62,000 nucleotides of DNA from Lama guanicoe. Lineage: Eukaryota. The DNA lies in NCBI GenBank assembly GCA_013239625.1, contig MU054338.1, positions 124,001 to 186,000 on the forward strand, given 5' to 3'. Position numbers and translations under genes: made by a program. Below are positions 12,031 to 24,576 of the stretch, in pieces (the first letter of the stretch is position 1; every line of letters starts with the position of its first letter). Below the pieces are notes generated by a model that saw only the letters and a list, made by a program, of their open reading frames with translations, was not told where the DNA came from and did not search any database.

Positions 12031-14049
12031 GGAGGAGGAATCAGCATTTCTCTTCACGGTGGGCAGAACCCCCGCAGAGCAGTTACACCCATTATGGCCA
12101 TGTAGCAGCACTGAGACCCCCCCAACAGCTCCCAGCCCCCAGAAGCCCCACATACCAGCTGTCTCCTTCCCTCCACCCGTAACCACCATTCTGACTTCTA
12201 AAGCAGGGCTGTTGGCCTCTCCTTTCGAACTGTGCACTGCATTCTTGAGGTCTCTTTCCCAACCTTGTGTGAGTCGTCCTGCTGTTGGGTGTGGTCCTAG
12301 ACCCACAGTGCTGGGTAGGACATTCCATTGTGTGCAGATACCACACTTTATTTGATGAGCTTCTTCGTTTCCATTTGGGGCAACTGCGAAATAATGTTGT
12401 TGACAGCATTTTAGGTGGAGCAGGGGCAAAGGCCCTGGGGCAGGGTTGTGCCGGGTGTGCTGGAGAACAGGGAGGAGGCCTGTGTGGCTGGAGCAGAGTG
12501 AGCAGGGAGAGAGAGGTGAGGGCAGGGTCCTGTGGGTGCAGGGATGCCGTGACTGTTACCCAGAGGGAGGCAGGAACCCCAGAGGGTTTGGAGCAGAGGG
12601 GAGTGGTCAGGCAAAGAGAAAGGGAGGAGTCAAGAAGGGCTTTGACTTGAATCTCCTGAAGGACGGGTTTGACCTCAACCCAGAAGAGGGAGCCCAGTCG
12701 TTGTGCCTGTCGGTCCGGGACACGTGCTCTAGGACACCACTGGCCTGGAGCAGCAGGTGCAGAGACTCAAGAAAGAAGTGGCTTGAGGGAGCTGTCGTCA
12801 ACATCGCTGCACTGAGCCAAGGCCCCCCACGCTCCTCTAAATCCCCGTGGGGGCTGAAGGTGGGTCTGCACCCCCAGGAAGCTGGGTTATTGGATGGCCT
12901 GTTGTTCTCTCCCCGCACTGGGGGTCGGGGGGAGCGGCAGCAGGCCAGGTGTTCTCTGGGATGCCACCCATCCATTGTCAGCTTCCATCTGCCCTCCCAG
13001 CCTGTGACCTGTCACTTCCCACCTCCCCAGGGCCCTCACAATTGTCCTTTGTCCGGCCGCCAGCCCCCTGATTCAGACTCACGCGTCTCCATGGCCGCCT
13101 ACCGCTTTGTCCGGGACTCTAACAAGGGAGGCTTGTTCTTCCTGGGACAAGGACACAGCGAACCTGCCAGGCTCCCCTCCTGCCTCCATCCCGGAAAGAG
13201 CTGGCTCTCCACGTGGGACCAAGCCAGGCGGGGAGGGACCAGCTCTCGTGTTCTGCTGGGCACCGAGCTGCACGCCTGCCGAGGGCCATTATAATGATGA
13301 GGACACTGAGGTTCAGAGAAAGGAAGAGCTCGAACTCAGAGGATCTGGGGGCTGGAGAGGGCTGTTCGGGAGCCTAGAGAGTTCTACCCGACCAGGTCCT
13401 TTTCTCCCCTCTCTCTGGCTTTATACATCCCCCTGGTCTTGTTTTCCTGGAACACCCCAGGTAGCTCCAGCTGCAGGGCCTCTGCACCCACTGTACTTTC
13501 TACCCGGTATAGACGCTTGCTAACTCTCTCCACTTCCTCCAAGTCTCTGCTCAGACCTCCCCCTCTGAACACATCTCCCCCTGGCCACCCAACTTACTCC
13601 TACAACCTGCCCCGTCGCCCACTGCCAGGCTCCTTCCATCTCATTTTCTCTTCTCCCCACAGCATTTATCACCCGCAGAGAATACCTTCCACCCCCTGCG
13701 CAGTGGCTGGAGCTTACAAGAGCCCACCCTTGAGTCTGCAGGAGTTTTGTAAACTGGATGATGTCGCGTTGGCAGCTTGAAACTAGCCATGAGGGGAGTA
13801 CTTACACCCCAGGAGTCAGCATGTGCTACAAAGCACAGCTTTTTGCCCTGGAGAGCCAGCTGTTCAACATTTACAGGCACACTGCTGCCTGTTTATTTAA
13901 CATTTATGCTCCCCGGTCCCCACTCCCCCCACCCCACCCCTACCCCCACGAGAATGGAAGCTCCCTGGTCTCTGCTGTCACCCGGGCACCGAGAACAATA
14001 CTTGACAACTAGTGGGCCCTCAGTAACTATTTCTTAAATTAGGGAATGA

Positions 14050-14900
14050 CCCTCATCAGGGCTCTGGCGACTAAACGACCCTCAGCGCGACCATGGTCTC
14101 TAGCACCACTATGCCGGCCCCCAGGCCCATCCTCCCACACGAGATAAAGCACTCACGGCCCGGGCACCTCGGCCCTGGGCAGACGACAGGAGCCTGGCCG
14201 CCTGGCACGTGACTCCATCCGAGCGCACGACCCCGCCCCCCGCAACTCCAGACGCGCCCGCGGCCCTCACCCGAGCCACGGTCCCACCTCGCTCCTTCGA
14301 GCACCCAGCGGGCGCCTCCTGGGTCGCCCCCCCCCGGCCTCAGGGGTCCTCGCCCGGCCCCGGCAATGCCCACGCATCAGAACTGGACCTAAAGAGGCAC
14401 GACGCCGCCGTCGTTCGCCCGAAAACACGCGAAGGCAGGAGCTCCTGCCCCAGAAGCCGAGTGCCCCCCGAAGCTCGGGCGCCCTCGCCAGCGACTCGAG
14501 GATCGGGGCTGGCGAGGCCCTGCGCCGCGCGCGGCCTTGTGGGACACGCGGCCCCGGCGGGCGCCCCGGCTCCCGCGGCATGCCGGGAGGTGTAGTCCGG
14601 CAGCGCGGTGGCCGCAGGGGCTGCCCATAGCCGCCTCCGAGTCGGTGTCGCTGATCGCAGCCGGAGCGGGAGCCGGAACGTCCCTGCGTTCGTGGCTGCA
14701 GCATGCGGGGCCGAGCCAAGCTGAACCTCCGCGTCCTGCTGGCGAGGAAAGTCGTCACCGAGGGCGGCGGTGCGGTGAACGCACGAGTCCCGGCCGGGCC
14801 CTGACCCTGGGTCCCCACCGCCGACCCTCAACCCGACCCTGACCCTCTCCCTGCTGGGCACCCACAGGTTATCTGGACCAGTTGGGACTCCCAGTCTCAG
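14050..14900. promoter_or_regulatory. Intergenic CpG island with a ZNF143/THAP11-type motif
   Basis: Very high CpG density; 14578-14598 reverse-complements to GGACTACACCTCCCGGCATGC, matching ACTACAnnTCCCAGnATGC. Confidence 0.7.
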
Positions 14901-17900
14901 CCTCGGATGCTGGACGGTGGCCCCATTCCCCACCCAGCACCCCCAAACCCAGCCTGGTCCTCCCGGAGCCCTGCTCCAGACACCTCGGCACAGTCCTGCA
15001 ACCCCAGTTTCCCACCTGCCCAGCAGAACTACCCCCAACTCCACCTTGACTGGGCTGTGAACTTTCGCCACCCCACCCGCCCCCATCACCCAGACCTAGC
15101 TGCCAGGCTTCCGTCCTCCCCAAGCCCCCGGTCCCGTTCATGTCACAGGTGCAGACCCTACAGTCAGGCCCATCCGGTTCCCCCACATCCACCCGCAGTT
15201 TTCCTACCTCCCGGGTCTCAGCACTGCTGGCCCTGGGTCCCTATGTTTCTCCGGCGGCTGCGGGGCTTTGAGCAGCACCCCGGCCGCATCCCCTCGATGC
15301 CAGGAGCCCCGAGTGTGATAACCACAGATGCCCCCGGACATTGCCCAGGGTCCCTGCCAGGTAGGAACCACTGTCTTAACCCCTTAGCAGAGCAGGGGCT
15401 CCCAGGTCTCAGCCTGGGGTCCGGCGGAGGAGTGGGTGCCATGGTGGAACATTTCTGTTCTGTACTCACCAGCACAAGCCAGTGCAAGGCCAGAGCCTCC
15501 CCACAACTGCAATACAGTTCCAGCCGCACAGTCTGCTCCGTTCCCAGCAGCCATGCAGAAAATGCGAAAAGAAATGGGTGGTGTGAGTAACACAAATGAA
15601 TTTATGAAATATGATTTATTTAACCACATAAATCCAAAATACTACACTTTGAACCTGTAATAATAAATAGTAAGATTTTTACCTTCTTACTTCATAATAA
15701 AGTCTCGAAATCCAGTGTGTATTTTACCTTTACACGTATGTTCTGCTTAATTTTCTTTTCTTAACCTTAAGATTTTTATTTTATTGTGTCTTTAGTATAG
15801 AGTTTCACAAGCTTCTGTCTTTCTAGTTAGACAAAAAGAACACTTATTGACCATCTCCTTCAACTGCTTTCCTCAGTAATAAAATGTATTTACCATGGTT
15901 GTCATTTACAGAGCACTTACTGCATGCCAGGCCCTGTGCTGTGTTCTGTTCTGCTTAATTTTCACTGGAAGTATTTAATTTCATCTGTATATAAGATTTC
16001 CTAAAATTGTAGGTGAAAAAGTAGATTCATAAACCCAAGTTGTTCCAAACATACTTAAAAGTTTCCCAGTAACTGAGTCTTCCCACCTGCTTTTAGGCTG
16101 ATACTTGAATTAAAACGTACACTGCAGGCGATGAGTGGCCACTCCTGGCTGGCACTCTGCCCGGCCTGAGTTTGTCCTATACCCCCACGTTGTCCCTTCC
16201 CCAGCCCAGCCCTCCCAGGTGGATCAGCTGGCTGGCCTACTGCATGGTTGGAACTTCACACAGCTGGCCCAGTGCTGGCTGGTGACCCACAGCAAATCCT
16301 TGGGAACTGTTTGAATTTATTGCCAGCACTTCTGCCCTGGGAAACGGCCTGCCTGCTCCTCAGAGACCCTCCAAACCTCCATCACAACACAGGGTCTGAT
16401 GGAGCAGAGCTGGGCCTCCCCACTCAGCTCAGCTGGTCCCCACACCAGGGCTGCCACGGTGGGTGTGGTCAGTGCACATGAGGTTTCCAGCTGGGGGCAG
16501 ATGATGCATGGAGGGATGGACAGATGGACACTGAGTGGCTGGATGAGCGGTGGATGTGTGGACGACTGGTGGCCCGGGGATGGAGGAGTTGTGATGATGG
16601 GAAGATGCACAACAGGTGGTGGACAGTGGACAAGCGGGTGGGTGTGGGGTGGGCAGATCTCTGTGGTCCCTGGTCTGCACACACCTGCTAAGGTCAGTTC
16701 GGGCCTCTTCTGCCCCTACCCTGGGGGGAGTCTGGGAGGGGTGGTGACCCCCCTGCTGTCCTGTCCCCCAGGCACAGTGCCGGGCACGAACGTGGCATCC
16801 GTGGCCTGTGTGAGGGCTGCACCCCACCCCCTCAGGGCCCTAGTGCACCTGTGCCCCATGGAGCTGAGTGAGACTGCAGCCTGGGGCCCTCTGACAAGGC
16901 ACTGCCCACATCCCGACCATCCACCTTGGGGGTCAATTGGCCCCCTGATGCCCGCTGTCTGGGCACTGGACACCATCCCCTTCAGCACCTGCCCCTCGTT
17001 CCTGGTGCTCCTGATCACCCTTTGCATCCCCCAGAACCCACGAGAGTCTCCTTGGGGTCCGTGGACCGCCCCTCAGCCCTCCGGCCAGAACCCCACTAAC
17101 CAGGAGCTGCCCCTGGAGGACAGCATAGCGCTGGGGGCCTGAGGTCAGGAGTCGCCCTTCTAGGTCCCCAGCCTTGCGGGAGTAGAGCCAGCACCCCCAA
17201 ATCAGCTCTCACTCAGCAAACATGCCTGCCTGCCTGCCCTCTGGGGCAGGTGAGTGGCCCAAGGACCCTCAGAGCCCCCACCCACACATGTTCCGCTTTC
17301 TCCAGGTTGGCCCTGGCTGAGCCCTCCGCCCAGGTCGGGGACCAGCCGCATTCCCCAGGGAGCACACCCCCACCAGGGGCTGCTGTCCAGTCCAGTCCGT
17401 CTCATCACAGGTCGGAGCTTCCACCCTCTTGATGCTCCTGATGACTCAAACCTCAGTCCCTCAAATGGACCCAAGGGGCGCTAAAGGCCCCAAGATGGCC
17501 AGCCGGCCACCACCCAATTTGCCAAACTTGGGTTCAGCTTCAGAGAGAATCTCCAAGTGAGGCTGTCTTCACGGGCATCCCACGGTGGTTGTTTATTTGG
17601 GGACCTGGCCTCACCTTGGTGCCCTGGGTGTCAGCCCTCCATGCCCCCTCAGCCCAGCTGACCCAGGGGACTTTAGGGGCCACCAGATGGACTGGAACAG
17701 CCCCGTCCTGCTCTAGAATCTTCTGTGTGGCTATTTAATGAAAGACCACTCATAGCCTCCATCTCCTTCCTCCCCCACTATCCCTGAGATCCCCCAAGGC
17801 AGGGGTGACCCAGAGAGGGGTGCCCAGGCTGACATCCTGGGTCTGCGATTCTCCAGGGCCAGAGCTGGGTGGGGCACCTGATGGAGGAAGGGCTCCAAAC

Positions 17901-19268
17901 AATCCAGCCCTGCCCTCCTAACTCCAGCTCACCCCAAAGAAAAAGAGCTGTGAGGTCCCCAACTGACCAGTGGTATAGCAAGAGGAGCTGGCAGGAAGGT
18001 GTCCTTGGGGAACAGGCATGTCCTGGGGCTGGGGCGCTGGCCTCTCTGGACACTGAGCCTCCTTGGCCCCGAGTACCCTACAGAGCACTGATGCTGTCCT
18101 GGGAAGGTGGGCGAGGAGGCCAGGATGTGGGTCTTCGGTGGGGCTGGGACCCTTGATGGGAAGGAGGCTTCCTATGGGGACCCCTGAGGGCTTCCTCTAG
18201 GCAAGAAAGATGCCGGGAAGGGGTGACCCAAAGCTAGCACTGCAGGAAGCCCAGGCTTGGAGATACCACCGTGGCCTCAGCCCCCACCCACGCTCAGTCC
18301 CCCAGGGCAAGACAGGTGGGAGATGAGGTTCAGTCCCTGCTGGAGCTGGCTCTGCCTGTCCTGGGTCCATCCAGACCCCCTTGGGCCTTCTCCCCACACA
18401 CCTCCCTCTGTCTCTGTCTCTCCACCCGCCTTTTCTTCTCTCCCCTCCCCCCCAGGCTCTGACTCTCCCCACCTCTGCCAGAACCTTCCTCCTGTTCAGC
18501 CCACCTGTCCCTTCCTCAGGGTGGCCTCTGCTCTCCTTAGCACTCAGCCTCTTAGAGCTGTGGGTGTCTTGAACCTGATGGTTCCTCACTGCAGCAGCAG
18601 AGTCTTAGAGCTGAGGGGCCAGCAGTTGGGGAGACCAGTCCACGCCCTGTGAGGGCGGCAGGAAGCGGGGTCAGGGGCTGGGAAGAGACCCATTCACCAG
18701 GCCCGTGGCCCCCCACCCGGGTTAAGGGCCCAGCTTCCCGAGAAGGCCCACACCTCCGGCCTGGGGAGGGCCGCACCTCAGAATGGCCTTCCTGTGCAGT
18801 CTTTCCCGGCAGGGGGTGGAGGGGGATGGGACCAAGGAAGCCAGACTTTGGGTTCCCACACCTGGGCCCTCCTCACTAGGGCCTGCTCCCCTCGAAGCCC
18901 CCCAACCACAGCTCTCTCCTCTGCTCCAGGCCCCTCCTTGTGGGCGCCAGTTTCTGCCTCTGACAATTAAAAGACTGAGTGAGAAGGCACAAACAGCAAA
19001 GTGGGTCATGCCCAGACCCCATGGCCGGGTTGCCCCCTCTTATGAGGAGGTCGGGGAAACTGAGGCACAAGCCACACCCTGAGGTCATGGGGGCAACTGA
19101 GACCCTCCATTCTTTTCTTCCTGCATGCCTGCTGCGCATGGGGTCTGGGGGTCACTGCAGGGGGCAGCAGCATTACACGGGGGATGTGACATCAGCTGCA
19201 AGACCTTGCTAAGGGCTAGGAGGAAAACGCACCAGAGGAAGTGCGGTGGGGGAGGGGCGCAGGGAAGC

Positions 19269-19488
19269 TGGATGGAGCGGAGAGCAGGGGGGGGGCCACG
19301 TGCTAAGGTCCTGGGGCTCTGGCGGCCTCCAGGAGTTTGGCTTTTCCTTCTGCCACAGGCAGTCTTGGGGTGTCTACGATGGATGGAGCGGAGAGCAGGG
19401 GGGGGCCACGTGCTAAGGTCCTGGGGCTCTGGCGGCCTCCAGGAGTTTGGCTTTTCCTTCTGCCACAGGCAGTCTTGGGGTGTCTACG
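19269..19488. repeat. Near-perfect ~110-bp tandem duplication
   Basis: 19269-19378 and 19380-19488 are identical except for a G run (9 vs 8). Confidence 0.95.
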
Positions 19489-20165
19489 TGCTCAGAGGGT
19501 ATTTCTAAATCCACTCTGGGTGCCGGGTGGTGAACGGCCCAGAAGAAGCCAGGAACCAGGCTGAGAGGCCAGGAATGGATGGATTCAGGAGTTGGGAAGA
19601 TGAGATTCTAGGACTCGCTGATGACCTCTGGGGGTCCCTCCCAGTCTCCTGTGGGCCCCAGACCCAGGCCTATGTGTGGAACAGAGCAGAGGCGGCCTCC
19701 ATGCCCGGGGCTCCCAGGGTCCCATCAGGCCTGCGTCCCAGGGACCGGAGGGCCTCAGCTCCATCACCCCCCGGAAACCCCACTGCCTCCACAAGCTCCT
19801 CATCCCTGACGGTCCCCTCTTCCAAGCGGTTCCCCCGACGAGCCGCCACCCCGGAGACCCCGACCCACGAGCTTAGGGGAGGCTGCTCGCCGCCGCCCCC
19901 GCGCGGCCGTCGCGGGCAGTGAAGGACGAGATTTCCGCGACGGGGCGAACCTGGCGCCAACCCTGGGCCTGGCTCCGATTTCCATGCAATTGACCTCGAC
20001 AGTCACCCCTCTCCCGCCCCCATCTTCCGATCTTCCGTGTCTAAAAGTGAGACCTGGAATCGGCCCAGGCCCTCCGCCCGCCTGTTCTGACCTTGTTCTG
20101 CCCCCACCTAAACTCTGGCCCCCAGCCCCTGTCTCTCTGTCGCCTCCGGGGTCGAGGGTCAGGGT

Positions 20166-20260
20166 GGGAAACCCCCTCGGGAAACCCCCGGGGAGCAGCT
20201 GGGGGGAGGGGAAGCGAGGTCTCGGGGCGGCGGGAAGGAGCCCGGGGCGCCACTATTTAA
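20166..20260 (+). promoter_or_regulatory. MADCAM1: MADCAM1 proximal promoter: tandem NF-kB sites and TATA-like box
   Basis: GGGAAACCCC at 20166-20175 and 20179-20188; TATTTAA at 20254-20260, ~45 nt before the ATG. Confidence 0.8.
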
Positions 20261-20301
20261 GCCTCCTCCCCGCGGGCCGGGGACAGAGCAGGGGACCGAG
20301 C

Positions 20302-20362
20302 ATGGAGCAGGGCGTCTTCCTGCCGCTTCTTCTCCTTCTGGGGCTGCTCCCGCAGGGCCGCG
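20302..20362 (+). CDS. MADCAM1: MADCAM1 exon 1, signal peptide
   Basis: AGCATGG start; MEQGVFLPLLLLLGLLPQGR; donor G|GTGAGT, phase 1. Confidence 0.9.
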
Positions 20363-20526
20363 GTGAGTGGGGACCGGGCTCAGGAGAGAAGCGGGGCGCC
20401 GCGGAGGTTCAGGGAGGTGATGGGGGATCCTACAGCGGAGGGCCTTGGAAGAGGCACGGCTGGAGAGGGAGGAAGGGGCTGGGGCTGGGGGCGCGGGGCG
20501 GGGCTGAGAGCGCCGTCTGCCCGCAG

Positions 20527-20799
20527 GTGGGCCGCTGGAGGTGGAGCCCCCCGATCCCGTGGTGGCAATGGCCGTGGGCGAGTCCCGAGAGCTCACCTGC
20601 CGCCTGGCCTGCGCAGACGGCAGGGCTGCCTCCGTGCAGTGGCGGGGCCTGGACACCAGCCTGGGAGCCGTACAGTCGGGCGCGGGCATCAGCGTCCTCT
20701 CCGTGCGCAACGCCTCGCTGTCGGCTGCGGGGACCCGCGTGTGCGTGGGCTCCTGCGGGAACCTCACCTTCCAGCAGGCCGTGCAGCTCCTGGTGTTCG
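20527..20799 (+). CDS. MADCAM1: MADCAM1 exon 2, Ig domain 1 with LDTS integrin alpha4beta7-binding motif
   Basis: CCGCAG|GT acceptor, G|GTGAGC donor, 273 nt; LTCRLAC...VQWRGLDTSLGAVQS (LDTS at 20649-20660)...TRVCVGSCG. Confidence 0.96.
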
Positions 20800-21235
20800 G
20801 TGAGCTCCCGCCCCTCCCGTCGCCTTGGCACACGCGGAGCCCACCCGGCAGCCCTGCTTTTCCTCTGTCCCTATGCCACCTCTTCCTTGAGGCTTCCCGG
20901 ATTGCCCACCCTGCCCCAGCTCAAAGCCTGCCCTGCAGGTCCTCCTGAGCCACTCTGCAATCCACTCCCTCCTCCTCGCATTCCCCTTCCTAGCCTCTCA
21001 GACTTCACTCCCTTTCCATCCCCAAACCTGCTGCACCCAAACCCCTGCCCTTTCTGCTCTGGACACCTGTCCGGCACCTTATAATTTAGCCACACATGGT
21101 GTGGCCACTGGGTTTCCCTGTCCCTGCGCCCCAGCAGTGCCCACTCACCCCCTCCCCCCCCCCCACACCCCTTACTCAGGGCCCAGCCCTGACCCTCTGG
21201 GCTCAGCCCACCCCCTCCCATCCCTCCCTCCACAG

Positions 21236-21571
21236 CTTTCCCGAACCAGCTGACTGTGACCCCAGAGGCCCTGGTGGCCGGGCAGGGTCGGGAGGTGGCC
21301 TGCACAGCCCACAACATCATGCCTGCTGGCCCGCCTACCAGCCCTGACACCTTCTCCATGTCCCTGCTCCTGGGGGATGGGGAACTGGAGGGGGCAGAGG
21401 CCCTGGGGTGGGATGTGGAGGAGGAGCCCCAGGAGGGCGAGGACCCGCTGTTCCAAGTGACGACCCGCTGGCTGCTGCCCCCCTGGGGGACCCCCGCCCT
21501 GCACACCCTCCACTGCCAGGCCACCCTGAGGCTGCCAGGCTTGGAGCTGAGCCACCGCCAGCCCATTCCAG
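21236..21571 (+). CDS. MADCAM1: MADCAM1 exon 3, Ig domain 2 with acidic loop
   Basis: CCACAG|CT acceptor, G|GTAAGT donor, 336 nt; AFPNQLTVTPEALV...EVACTAHN...DVEEEPQEGEDPLF...LHCQATLRLPGLELSHRQPIP. Confidence 0.95.
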
Positions 21572-23233
21572 GTAAGTCTGCGGCTTCCCGGCTGGGCAGC
21601 ACCTCAGTGTCCCCAGGACGCGGGTGAAGTCACAACACCCAGCTCCTAGGAGCCCTGACGGGCAGTGCCCAGCAGCTCTTCTGGAATCTTGGGAGCAACC
21701 CTCTGCATCCCCATCTGGGCGGGAGCACAGTGCCCACCGCAGGGGGAAAAATGCATTCAATTTTTACTCTGTCCCCTGGCGGCAGCCAGAGTGCGGCTTC
21801 TTATTCATTCGACAGCTTTCCTGAGCACCTGCCCTGTGCTGGGCCGTAACTTGCTGCCCCTCCTCTGCCCACAGCCTTCTATGGCTCCCACCTCCCTCTG
21901 GGTGGAATCCCAAATTCTCCCTGTGCCCAGGGGCCCCTGCAGAGCCTGCCCTGCCTGTCCCACCGCCTCCCTGCCCTCTCCCCTCCTCTCTTTCCCCCTC
22001 ACTCACTCTGCCGTTCCCCCAACACCCCAAGTGTGGTCCTGCCCCAGGGCCTTTGCACTGCTGTGTGTTCCACCAGCAGTGCTCTTCCCCACACCCACAT
22101 CTCCCCTGGCTCCCTCTCTCACCTCCCTCAGGTTACCTTCCCAGTGAAGGTTTCTCTGACCTCCCTGTCCAAGGGGTCAACCCCTCACCCCTCACACAGA
22201 CACATATACACACAACACACACTCACACATGAGCCCCTTCTCTCCTGTTGAATGTCCGTTGAGGATCTATTGACACCTTTTGTCAGCATCTGACATCTCA
22301 TGTGCTTGCTTTGTTTTTTCCATGATCTGTAGAGACAGACCCTGTTGCTGTGGGTTTTATCCAGATAGGAACGTGTCGCTCCCATTCACAGCTGTGTCTC
22401 CAGTGGCTAAAACAGTGGCCAGCACATAGTAGGTGTTCAGTACCTACATTTACATTCTGAATGAATTAATGGTTAACCGTTACCACAGTGCCTGGCGCAT
22501 AGTAGGTGCTCAAGAAATGCTGAACGAACTAACAAAGACATTTAACGTGGGGTCTGGCACACAGTAGGTGCTCAGTTCATTTCATATGTTATTATTAGTT
22601 TAACCCACATGTGTCTAATCTGGGACGGGCCCTGCCCGCATCACCAGGCCCCTGGCAGGCTCTCATTAGAAAAGTACAGGTTGATTCTCTGATAGGGCAC
22701 CTTGAAACTCATGTTAACACACTGGGGTCATGGGGGCCAGGAAAGATTCTGGATCAAGAAGTAGGAAGGGGCCAGGCAGGGACACAGAGAGAGGGGCTGC
22801 AGACAGACCTCCGGGTCTGAGAGACTTCACAGAAGAGCCTACAGATCCCCTCTCGGGGCCTCAGCCTCTTGACTGCACAACAGGGCATCTCCTCATTCCA
22901 TGGGGGGCACCATTCCCTCCCGCCCCCCACCCTTTTCCCAATACCCCAAGGCCCTGTGCTCTGGGTACACGGATCGCTCTCCATGCCAGCCCCCCGGGGT
23001 AGGTGGCTGTCACCCCACCCCCATTACAGCTGAGGAAAGTGAGACTCGGGGATTTAGACGCTCACTCAGGGTGGAACGGCGACAGTGGACCCCGACCCTG
23101 CTCCTACCCACCCTGAAATTCACCCAGGATGGGCTTAGAGCAGTTCTGGTCCAACCATGTGGTCCAGATGGAGGGATGCAGGCAGGAGAGGGGGCCTGGG
23201 CAGCAGTGAGAACAAATGGCTGCCATTTTCCAG

Positions 23234-23734
23234 TCCTGCAGGGCCTGACCTCCCCGGAGCCCCCCGCCATGTCCCCTCAAGAGCATCCTGGCCCCACCCT
23301 CCCGGATCTCCGTATCAGGATCCCCCCAGAGCCCCCCACTACCCCCCGAGAGCACCCCATCACGACCCCTCTGGAGCTCCAAATCACAACCTCCCCTGAG
23401 GTCAGCCCCGAGCAGGCCTCCACCCACAGCCCAGGGAGTCCTGGCCTGGCACCTAGGAACAGCTCCACGAGGCCCTGCCACCCAGAGATCCACGAGTCGT
23501 CAGCACTGGGGGTTTTGGAGCTACTGTGTGAGGCGGCCTGCGGCCCAGGGGTGGCTGTGCGCTGGACCCAGGCCCCTGGCGGACTGGCAAATTACGAGAC
23601 GCGGGAGTCCGGGGCCCAGGCTTGGCTGAGCAGCAGGAGCACCCTGTGGACCAAGTGCCACCCTGAGGGCTGGTTCCAGTGTCGCCTGGACCCGGGGGGC
23701 CAGGTGGCCAACCTGCACCTGGTCCCGGAAACCT
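23234..23734 (+). CDS. MADCAM1: MADCAM1 exon 4, mucin-like stalk plus third Ig-like domain
   Basis: TTTTCCAG|TC acceptor, T|GTGAGT donor, 501 nt open, phase 1-1; P/T/S-rich stretch followed by LELLCEAAC...VRWTQAP...GWFQCRLDPGG. Confidence 0.88.
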
Positions 23735-24466
23735 GTGAGTCTGGGGTCTGGGGTGGGCACTGGGGGAGCTGGGAGGGAGGGAAATTTGTCAAGGCCTTAG
23801 ACAAGGAGGCATCCTGCTGGCTTCAGTTTCCCCAGCTGTCCAGTGGGCTCCCCGGAATGCAAGATAACAGCTGCCTATACGGTGGTGAGAACTATGTTTC
23901 CAAGACCATTGTAGATGTCACAGCACTTTGTAAACTCTAAACTACATGGGCCACGGCAGCCTGTGGAATAGAAACAGAACTAGAATACACCTACTTGGGT
24001 AATTTCAGTTTTTCTAGTAGCCACATTGAGGAAAAAAGGAGAAATAAGTTTGATAATATATTTCATTGAACCCAATACATCTCAGGTATTACCACTTCAG
24101 CATGTCATCTATGAAGAAGCATGAGTGAGATTTTTTTCTTCACATTGGTCTTCAAAATGCAATGAGTTTTACATGGACAGGGCTGTCCATTCAGAGGGGC
24201 CATATTTCACAGGCCGTCTGGCCAGTGTCCCCCTCACTGGACAGCTCACCTCGAACTATAAGATCCTATGTACCTTTCAAAAGACTCACCTTAAAGTCCT
24301 TTGGCTATTCCAGGGATTTTTATATGACTCAAAAGATGTTTCAAACCATGAAGTCCTTTGTAAAATTTCAGGGAACTTGGTGAATTGGGGTGCCTTAGGG
24401 AGACTGCTGGGCTGCTCCCCCAAAACCTTCAGAAAGCTGTAAGTGCTCCGATGTGTCTTTCTCCAG

Positions 24467-24576
24467 GTTCCTCGCCAACCTCTGCAGCCCTGTGGACCGG
24501 CAGCTTGGTTCTGGGGCTGCTTCTCCTGGCGTTCCTCATCTACCACCTGCAGAAACACTGCCGGCACACCAGCTGA
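24467..24576 (+). CDS. MADCAM1: MADCAM1 exon 5, transmembrane helix and short tail
   Basis: TCTTTCTCCAG|GT acceptor; SSPTSAALWTGSLVLGLLLLAFLIYHLQKHCRHTS*. Total CDS 1281 nt = 426 aa + stop. Confidence 0.92.

Noticed and set aside
19984..21084. 366-aa ORF over the MADCAM1 5-prime end
   Set aside because: Only 20302-20362 is the real exon; the rest is promoter/intron read-through in stop-poor DNA.
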